The translations under genes were made by a program, and so were the position numbers. The notes under the pieces are model-generated. The model worked only from the letters and a program-made list of their open reading frames with translations. It ran no database searches and was not told where the DNA came from. A DNA stretch of 64,000 nt from a virus (taxonomy: Duplodnaviria; Caudoviricetes): positions 1,593 to 65,592 of IMG/VR virus record IMGVR_UViG_3300009181_000073; one strand, 5' to 3'. How positions within the stretch are numbered: the first letter of the stretch is position 1; every line of letters starts with the position of its first letter. Below, one piece after another: positions 56,913-64,000 of the stretch.

Positions 56913-58343
56913 ATGTCAACAGGTAACAGTCCAGTATTATTTGCATCACTCGGAAAATCATTTCAAGAAAAATTACTCCAAGCTCTATTAACAGATAAAC
57001 TATGGGGTACTCAATTCATCGAAGTATTCAATGTCGATGAATGCCTAGAACCAATCTATCTTAAAATGATCGCTAGCAAGTATATCAATTACTATCATGC
57101 ATATAAAGAATTCCCAACACTAGAACTTCTTATCACAATCATCAAAGATGAATTAACAAATAATCAAGACCTTGTTCTCCGTGAACAATGCTATAACTTC
57201 CTCCAAAAAGTTATCCGAAATGAAAATGGTAACGATCTCCCCTGGGTAAAAGAAAAAGCTTTCACCTTCTGCCGACAGCAAATGCTTAAAAAAGCATTAA
57301 CAGAATCTGTAGACATCATCCTCACAGACAAATATGAAACCGTTGTAGATATCATGAAAACTGCTATCGCTGCCGGGATGGCTTCGTCAAATGGTCACGA
57401 CTATATGAATGATATCGATGCTCGATATTCCGTAACGTTCCGCCATGCAGTAAAAACTGGAATCCCTGAACTAGATGAAAAGAAAATCATGGGAGGTGGG
57501 CTTGGTGCCGGTGAAATCGGTATCGTCTGTGCGCCATCAGGTGTTGGTAAATCACATCTACTAACACACTTCGGTGCTCAAGCACTACTGCAAGGCAAAA
57601 ATGTATTCCATTATACCATGGAACTAAATGAACGCTATGTAGGTATCCGTTATGATAGCCACCTTACAGAAATCAATTCATCCGATTGTTCTGACGCAAC
57701 TGACTTGATTAAACAATACTTTGAAGCAAATCGTGAACACATGGGAAGATTAATTATTAAAGAATTCCCAGCACGAAGCATCACATGCAATAACATTAAA
57801 TCACATATTGATAAAATGACATACAAAGGTATTCGCCCAGATCTAGTCATTATCGATTATGCTGGAATTATTCGGTCAACCGAGAAATATGATCTCCCTC
57901 GACTCGAAATGCAATTCGTTATTCAAGAAATTCGTAAAATGGCCAAAGAACTAGATGTACCAGTTTGGACAGCACTCCAATCAAATAAAGAAGGAGCCAA
58001 AGCAGATATCGTAGATCTTACAAACCTTGCCGAATCATATGGACAAGCAGCAGAAGCAGATTTCGTTCTCGGACTCCAACGCATGAGTACGCAAAAAGCA
58101 ACAGGCTTCGGAACTATGTTCATCGCCAAAAATCGATTCGGAATCGATGGATTGCAATTTAAAGTACATCTCGATACCGCTCGTAGCAAAATCCGTGTGC
58201 TAAGCGATGCAGAAGTAGAAGATATTAAAAATGATAACGATATCGAAAAAGAACGAATTCAAAATGATACCGTAAGTAGATTTAAAGCAGCAATCAAGAA
58301 AAGCAAAGAAGATCTACAACTCAGCAGCCTGTCAGCAAAATAG
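56913..58343 (+). CDS. DnaB-like replicative helicase
   Basis: APSGVGKS, TMEL, IIDY, WTALQSN, AKNRFG. Confidence 0.92.
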   Translation: MSTGNSPVLFASLGKSFQEKLLQALLTDKLWGTQFIEVFNVDECLEPIYLKMIASKYINYYHAYKEFPTLELLITIIKDELTNNQDLVLREQCYNFLQKVIRNENGNDLPWVKEKAFTFCRQQMLKKALTESVDIILTDKYETVVDIMKTAIAAGMASSNGHDYMNDIDARYSVTFRHAVKTGIPELDEKKIMGGGLGAGEIGIVCAPSGVGKSHLLTHFGAQALLQGKNVFHYTMELNERYVGIRYDSHLTEINSSDCSDATDLIKQYFEANREHMGRLIIKEFPARSITCNNIKSHIDKMTYKGIRPDLVIIDYAGIIRSTEKYDLPRLEMQFVIQEIRKMAKELDVPVWTALQSNKEGAKADIVDLTNLAESYGQAAEADFVLGLQRMSTQKATGFGTMFIAKNRFGIDGLQFKVHLDTARSKIRVLSDAEVEDIKNDNDIEKERIQNDTVSRFKAAIKKSKEDLQLSSLSAK

Positions 58344-58352
58344 GAGAATACT

Positions 58353-59321
58353 ATGTTACTAAATGGAAGAATCACATATAAACCATTCGAATATGATAAA
58401 GCATACGATTATTGGTTGCGTCAACAACAATCACACTGGCTCCCAACAGAAGTACAAATGGGGCCAGATGTCCAAGATTGGAAACTCAATATCACAGAAA
58501 CAGAAAAATCAGTAGTCGCTGGTGTACTAAAAGGATTCATCCAAACTGAACTGGTCGTAAATGATTATTGGACAGGAAGAGTCGCAAAATGGTTCCCACA
58601 CCCAGAAGTCGCAATGATGGCAACAACCTTCGGTGCCTTCGAAACAATCCATACAGTAGCATATGCTCACCTAAATGATACGCTAGGTCTCGAAGACTAT
58701 GATGCTTTCCTAACAGAACCAACAGCAAAAGCTAAAATCGATCGCCTCCTTTCAATAGAAAATACTAATGAGAAAAAAGAAATGGCAAGAAGCCTAGCAG
58801 TATTCTCAGCATTCACAGAAGGTGTTAGCCTGTTCTCGTCATTCGCTATCCTATTCAACTTCTCCAGATTCAATAAACTAAAAGGAGTAGGACAAATCAT
58901 ATCCTGGAGCGTCCTGGATGAATCTCTGCACTCTGAAGCAGGTACATGGCTCTTTAGAGAATTTGTTAAAGAAAATCCAGAAGTATGGAACGATGAACTG
59001 AAAAAATCAATCTATGATGCAGCAAGAGCTACAATAGAAATCGAAGACGCTTTCATCGATAATGTTTTTAATAATAAAACAATCGAAGGTATCGATCCAA
59101 AAGATCTTAAATGCTTCATTCGACATAGAGCAAATGTAAAACTCGGTGAAGTAATGTGTAAAACAAACTGGAAAAATATAGACCAAGAAGCACTAAAAAG
59201 AATGGCTTGGTTCGATACCCTATCACAAGGCGTATCACAACAAGACTTCTTCGCCGGTAGAGAAACACAATACTCAAAAGGTTCCATCTCCTTTGAAGAT
59301 ATTTTTAATGAAAAGAAATAA
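58353..59321 (+). CDS. nrdB: ribonucleotide reductase class I beta subunit
   Basis: ETIH...Y, EGVSLFSSF, DESLH di-metal ligands. Confidence 0.95.
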   Translation: MLLNGRITYKPFEYDKAYDYWLRQQQSHWLPTEVQMGPDVQDWKLNITETEKSVVAGVLKGFIQTELVVNDYWTGRVAKWFPHPEVAMMATTFGAFETIHTVAYAHLNDTLGLEDYDAFLTEPTAKAKIDRLLSIENTNEKKEMARSLAVFSAFTEGVSLFSSFAILFNFSRFNKLKGVGQIISWSVLDESLHSEAGTWLFREFVKENPEVWNDELKKSIYDAARATIEIEDAFIDNVFNNKTIEGIDPKDLKCFIRHRANVKLGEVMCKTNWKNIDQEALKRMAWFDTLSQGVSQQDFFAGRETQYSKGSISFEDIFNEKK

Positions 59322-59322
59322 T

Positions 59323-61029
59323 ATGAAATCACTGCAAGAACTAAAACAAGAAAACCAAGCTCCAGAATTCTTAACAGATGAAGGTTACAAAACTCTCTGC
59401 GGCGGATACCTGCTAGAAAATGAAACACCAAAAGGTATGTACCAAAGAATCTCTAAAGCCTCCGCTCAAAGACTCAATAAACCAGAACTAGAAAATAAAT
59501 TCTTCGAACTGTTCTGGAAAAATTGGCTGGGACCAGCTTCACCCGTCTGCTCAAACATGGGATCAAATAGAGGACTCCCAATCTCTTGCTTCGCTGGATA
59601 TATCCCAGACTCAGTAGATGGTATCATGTCCTCTATGCATGAACTAGCATCAATGTCAAAATATGGTGGAGGTGTGGCTCAACACTATAATGATGTCCGT
59701 GGACGAGGTAGCATCATCGCCGGTAATGGATACTCAGATGGTGTAGTCCCATTTATGAAAATTCAAGACTCCACAACAATCGGTATCTCACAAGGTGGAA
59801 CCCGCCGAGGTGCAACAGCATCCTACCTCCCAATCGAACATCCAGATATCGAAGAATTCCTCAAAATTAGAAAACCTCAAGGTGACCCAAATCGTCAATG
59901 CCTCAATATCCACCATGCAGTCTGTGTATCAGACCAATTCATGGATAAAATTAAAAATGGTGACGAAAAAGCAAGGTACCTCTGGAAAGAAATCCTGAAA
60001 ACTAGATTCGAAACCGGTGAACCATATCTCTTCTTCTCCGATACAGTAAATCGAGAAAATCCAGATTGCTACAAAAATAATAACCTATCAGTGCTCGGTA
60101 GCAACATCTGTACCGAAATTACTCTCGCAACAGATAAAGAACATAGCTTCGTCTGCTGCCTATCATCACTAAATCTAGCACGATGGGACGAATGGAAAGA
60201 TACAAATGCAGTGCAACTAGCTATCTGGTTCCTGGATGGTGTCATGGAAGAATTTATCGTCAAAGCAAAAGATATCCCAGGATTCGAAAAATCTGTACGC
60301 TTCGCAGAAAAATCTAGAGCTCTAGGTCTCGGCGTGTTCGGATTCCATTCACTCCTCCAACAAAAAGGTCTCCCATACGATAGCTTCGAAACCTATCGAC
60401 TCAATAACCAAATCTTTAAACTAATAGAATCTGAATCTAAAATCGCTACCCAACAATTAGCTGAAGAATATGGTGAACCAGAATGGTGTAAAGGATACGG
60501 TGTCCGTAACACACACACAATCGCCCTGGCACCCACTGTAACAAATGCCATCATCAGCGGAAACGTCAGCCCATCAATCGAACCATGGACCGCTAACGCA
60601 TTCGCAAGAAAAACCGCAAAAGGTACCTTCATCCATCGTAACAGCATCCTTGAAGCTTTACTGGAATCTAAAAATAAAAATGATGAACAAGTCTGGAACT
60701 CTATCGTATCAAATGAAGGTAGTGTGCAACATCTAGATTTCCTATCCAGTGACGAAAAAGCTACATTCCTAACAGCAAGAGAAATTAATCAATTCGTTAT
60801 CGTTAAACTTGCCGCACAAAGACAAAAATATATCGACCAAGCTCAAAGCATTAATCTCTTCTTCCCTTCAAATGCTGATCCAACTTATATCCATAAAGTC
60901 CATATGATGGCTTATCACGAAGGTCTTAAAACTTTATACTATTGTCGAGCAGGTAGCGTCCTAAAAGGTGACTCAGGATCTAGAGCATACAAACGTGAAG
61001 AAAATGAATGCGTAGCCTGTGAAGGATAA
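59323..61029 (+). CDS. nrdA: ribonucleotide reductase class I alpha subunit (no ATP cone)
   Basis: PISCF, SNICTEI, LAPT, TLYY, C-terminal CVACEG. Confidence 0.95.
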   Translation: MKSLQELKQENQAPEFLTDEGYKTLCGGYLLENETPKGMYQRISKASAQRLNKPELENKFFELFWKNWLGPASPVCSNMGSNRGLPISCFAGYIPDSVDGIMSSMHELASMSKYGGGVAQHYNDVRGRGSIIAGNGYSDGVVPFMKIQDSTTIGISQGGTRRGATASYLPIEHPDIEEFLKIRKPQGDPNRQCLNIHHAVCVSDQFMDKIKNGDEKARYLWKEILKTRFETGEPYLFFSDTVNRENPDCYKNNNLSVLGSNICTEITLATDKEHSFVCCLSSLNLARWDEWKDTNAVQLAIWFLDGVMEEFIVKAKDIPGFEKSVRFAEKSRALGLGVFGFHSLLQQKGLPYDSFETYRLNNQIFKLIESESKIATQQLAEEYGEPEWCKGYGVRNTHTIALAPTVTNAIISGNVSPSIEPWTANAFARKTAKGTFIHRNSILEALLESKNKNDEQVWNSIVSNEGSVQHLDFLSSDEKATFLTAREINQFVIVKLAAQRQKYIDQAQSINLFFPSNADPTYIHKVHMMAYHEGLKTLYYCRAGSVLKGDSGSRAYKREENECVACEG

Positions 61030-61034
61030 TATCG

Positions 61035-61348
61035 TTGTCATCTACCCCTAGAGAAATAATACCAACCCAATTCAATCACTCAATCACAATACCACTTTAA
61101 CCCCACAAATCAATAATTGATATAAAATATTGTACTTTTCTCTAGGGGTAGAGACAACAATATTTTATATCAATTTATTCCAATTGCCACTTTATACCTC
61201 CAAAACATTAATTAAACATTTTTAACCATTTCTAACACTTCTCAAACCTAACAACCATATCACCAATAAATTTATCAATTGCCGTTTAAACATATGCCAA
61301 GGCCAATTGATAAAATAATGGTGTCATTTCTCTAGGGGTAGATGACAA
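61035..61348. repeat. three copies of a 21-22 bp hairpin-centred motif TTTCTCTAGGGGTAGA(T)GACAA
   Basis: 61035-61056 (minus), 61137-61157 and 61327-61348 (plus). Confidence 0.85.
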
Positions 61349-61442
61349 CAATATTATCATTTCTTATCTCTTGACCCATCAATCAATCTATGATATACTG
61401 GATACCTGTAATAACCTCTAACTCAGAAAGATTGTAACCATT

Positions 61443-62372
61443 ATGCTAGGTCTTTGTTGCCAATTCCTTGAACCCCGTACAAAACGTGATGGCTCAACCG
61501 TGTTCGAAAACAGTATCAATGAACAATCTATGCAACTAGGCCGATTCAAATCAGGGGCCTATAATACAACATATATCCAAAACGTCTACCGAAATAACGT
61601 CGAGGAAGTCATTAAATTGATCCCTAAGCTCGTAGCAAATAATATCCATTGCTTCCGGCTGTCAAGCAATATCTTCTCCCTATGGGAATTCAATAACCAT
61701 ATCGCCAAACAAGATGATCTCCTAATCTCTAGGCTAAATCATTGCGGCAATCTATTCAAAGTTAATAATATCAGGGTAACAACACACCCAGGACAATTTA
61801 CAGTCCTATCCAGTGATAGTGATGATGTAGTCTGTAAATCTATCATGGAACTAGATTATCATGCTTGGACCTTCGACCAAATGAATCTACCACAATCACC
61901 AGATAATGCAATCAATATCCATGGAGGTAAAGCAGATAGATCATCTAAACTTATCTCCGTAATCAATTCATTGCCTCATCATATCAAATCTAGGCTAACT
62001 CTGGAAAATGATGAAACATCCTATAACCTCATGGACCTTATCAGTATCTATGATGCAACAGGTGTGCCTGTATGCTGGGACTCACATCACCATGTCTTCA
62101 ATGATGCAGGTATTCCAATGGATGAAGCTTTCCATTTAGCTACTATGACATGGAATAAGACAGGTTGCAAGCCCCTTCAACATATTAGCAACACTATTCC
62201 AGGTCAAGAAAATGGCAACTATACCGAAAGACGTAAACATAGCGACTATATCCATTACGTACCACAACCACAACTATTAGGTCTACAAAATAATGTCATC
62301 GACCTTGAAGTAGAAGCAAAAATGAAAAATCTAGCCATCTCAAAAATGAGAAACGATTTCAATGTCCAATAA
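61443..62372 (+). CDS. uvsE: UV damage endonuclease UvsE
   Basis: LGLCC, FRLSS, HPGQF, NIHGG, LENDE, DSHHH, HSDY, EAKMK. Confidence 0.92.
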   Translation: MLGLCCQFLEPRTKRDGSTVFENSINEQSMQLGRFKSGAYNTTYIQNVYRNNVEEVIKLIPKLVANNIHCFRLSSNIFSLWEFNNHIAKQDDLLISRLNHCGNLFKVNNIRVTTHPGQFTVLSSDSDDVVCKSIMELDYHAWTFDQMNLPQSPDNAINIHGGKADRSSKLISVINSLPHHIKSRLTLENDETSYNLMDLISIYDATGVPVCWDSHHHVFNDAGIPMDEAFHLATMTWNKTGCKPLQHISNTIPGQENGNYTERRKHSDYIHYVPQPQLLGLQNNVIDLEVEAKMKNLAISKMRNDFNVQ

Positions 62373-62388
62373 TTAATCCATCACAAAC

Positions 62389-62459
62389 GCTTGCCACAAT
62401 ATACCCATTATATAGCCAAAATAATGGTAATAAAAAATATTGTGGCAAGTGCTTTTTTT
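62389..62459 (+). terminator. long hairpin with T tract after uvsE
   Basis: CTTGCCACAATAT / ATATTGTGGCAAG then T7. Confidence 0.6.
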
Positions 62460-63380
62460 GACAAATTTTGATATCAATTAATATTTATCAATAATGTTGT
62501 GTGCGACGGGATTAAACCCCCTCCCTTGAAATTGTCCCTAATTTATACTTATTCTCCTATCGCCCCACACATCATCACCCATGCTGGTTACTTCTCACAA
62601 GGTAGCCAGCATGCTTTTATGTTATCTCCTTCATTTATTATTTTCAATTGATTTCATCATTGACCTCCACATTGCAATCATCTATGGTGTGACATAATAT
62701 GTCCATTGGGATGCAAAAAAATCTACAAAACAAGGCAAAAACAGAACTGCCTCTAGCGGGGTTGCCGGTGGGGTTTCCATACTGGCGTTTTTAGGGGTGC
62801 CAGAGGGGTTTTTAAAATTGGCCCTAGCGATGCTGCCAGAGCCATTTTGGAGAAGCCTATTGTCTAGCGCTATCAAAAACGCCAATTTTGGATATTTCTT
62901 TGGATGATGATGTTAAAAAGTGCTTAGAAATGGGTATTTTATAGATTGTCTGGATGGAGGTAAGATGATGGAGTGAAGGTGTTATTATTATTCTATGGGA
63001 TATATTCTATTGATGGAATGGATTCTTTTGTGGGATTCAGATAATCTTTATCTAGTGAGAGAGTGAGAGAGTGAGAGAGGATATATTACAATGGTTACTG
63101 GATATGATGATATAGTAATGATTGATATGTTATGGGAGATATGATATACTGGGTGCTTGTCTTTAATATAGAGACAAGATATGAGTATGATCTCTTAGAT
63201 ATATTCTATTGATAAGATATAGTCAAGGAGATATATTGTTTATTATAAAAGGTTGAGGAAGATGACTGAGAATTGAGGTGATCGACCGGAGATGATAAAT
63301 TGAGGTGATCGACTGGGTATGGAATAATATTTATGTGTTTATTTTTGTGGGTATAATTGAGTGATTGCCGCAAAAGTTTT
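62460..63380. other. noncoding region with a G/C skew switch, candidate replication origin
   Basis: C-rich on the left, G-rich on the right, with a GC-richer palindromic core and short repeats. Confidence 0.45.
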
Positions 63381-63381
63381 A

Positions 63382-63903
63382 CTAGTCTTTGGCTTTCATG
63401 TTTTTATCTTCTGGTTTAAAGTTGTAGGGAAATTTGGTATTTTTGTTATATGAAGCATCTGTCAGGTTTGCTCCACTGAGGTTTGCATGATAGAGGTTTG
63501 CACCAACGAGGTTTGCATCACGGAGGTTTGCATCACGGAGTTTTGCACCATAGAGGTCTGCACGGGTGAGGTCTGCACCCGTGAGGTTTGCACCCGTGAG
63601 GTTTGCACCATACAGGTGTGCATCCGAGAGGATTGCACGGGTGAGGTTTGCACCCGTGAGGTTTGCATCTTCGAGGTTTGCACGGGTGAGTTTTGCATCC
63701 GAGAGGTCTGCATCCGTGAGGTTTGCATCACCGAGATATGCACCACGGAGGTCTGCACGGGTGAGGTTTGCATCCGTGAGGTTTGCACCAACGAGGTTTG
63801 CATCCGTGAGGTCTGCATCCGTGAGGTCTGCACGGGCAAGGATTGCCTGAGAAAGATTTGCTTGAGAGAGATTTGCATTTGATAGATTCGTTTTGATTAA
63901 CAT
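63382..63903 (-). CDS. pentapeptide repeat protein (different caps; may extend upstream)
   Basis: ANLTD/ANLTG repeats ending Y..NTKFP..FKP. Confidence 0.9.
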   Translation of the reverse strand: MLIKTNLSNANLSQANLSQAILARADLTDADLTDANLVGANLTDANLTRADLRGAYLGDANLTDADLSDAKLTRANLEDANLTGANLTRAILSDAHLYGANLTGANLTGADLTRADLYGAKLRDANLRDANLVGANLYHANLSGANLTDASYNKNTKFPYNFKPEDKNMKAKD

Positions 63904-64000
63904 TGCATTTGAAAAATTCTTTCGAGAAAGATCTTTTCCAGAAAAATCTTGATTTGAATAGTTTGTTTTTACGATTGATATCTCATCTTTGGTTGAAATT

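Noticed and set aside
61035-61348. Three 22-bp repeats as a mini CRISPR array
   Set aside because: Mixed orientation and long, unequal spacers.
62682-62885. 67-aa minus-strand ORF in the GC-richer core
   Set aside because: No clear RBS or recognisable motif. The region is better explained as structured noncoding DNA.
2905-63882. Alternative-frame ORFs with QTSxV, EVCT, RFAP or HHGGL repeats
   Set aside because: These are shadow frames of the pentapeptide genes.
1-64000. Stop-codon reassignment suggested by the many short ORFs
   Set aside because: Core enzymes are full length in code 11, and the short genes have their own coupled starts and use all three stop codons.

Overview
The window looks like part of a large AT-rich tailed (jumbo-type, T4-like) bacteriophage genome. 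It is densely packed with short genes and carries a T4 gp26-like baseplate hub gene, an ATP-dependent DNA ligase, and a replication/nucleotide block (dUTPase, 5'-3' exonuclease, DnaB-like helicase, NrdB, NrdA, thymidine kinase, UvsE). Auxiliary genes include MnmA, peptide deformylase, Dps, Hsp20, NUDIX, GGCT, a RadA-like ATPase and a MoxR/VWA pair. Highlights: (1) about 48 paralogous small proteins with conserved ends (xxGKLY ... KILTxxGxxG[WY]) and variable middles, arranged in tandem arrays over the first 35 kb; (2) three tRNA genes alternating with free-standing nucleases, one being an Ile2-type tRNA split by a 210-nt group I intron whose splicing yields the rare UAU anticodon; (3) an IS200/IS605 TnpB element plus two ~260-bp mini-elements that keep the omegaRNA region, all next to TTTAT, where in-silico excision restores both interrupted ORFs in frame; (4) four related pentapeptide-repeat proteins with a shared C-terminal domain; (5) many sigma70 promoters that imply leaderless mRNAs; (6) an over-represented pseudo-palindrome TTGCSGCAA; (7) repeated hairpins and a G/C skew flip near 61-63.4 kb. 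All calls come from motif recognition by eye. No database searches were run.
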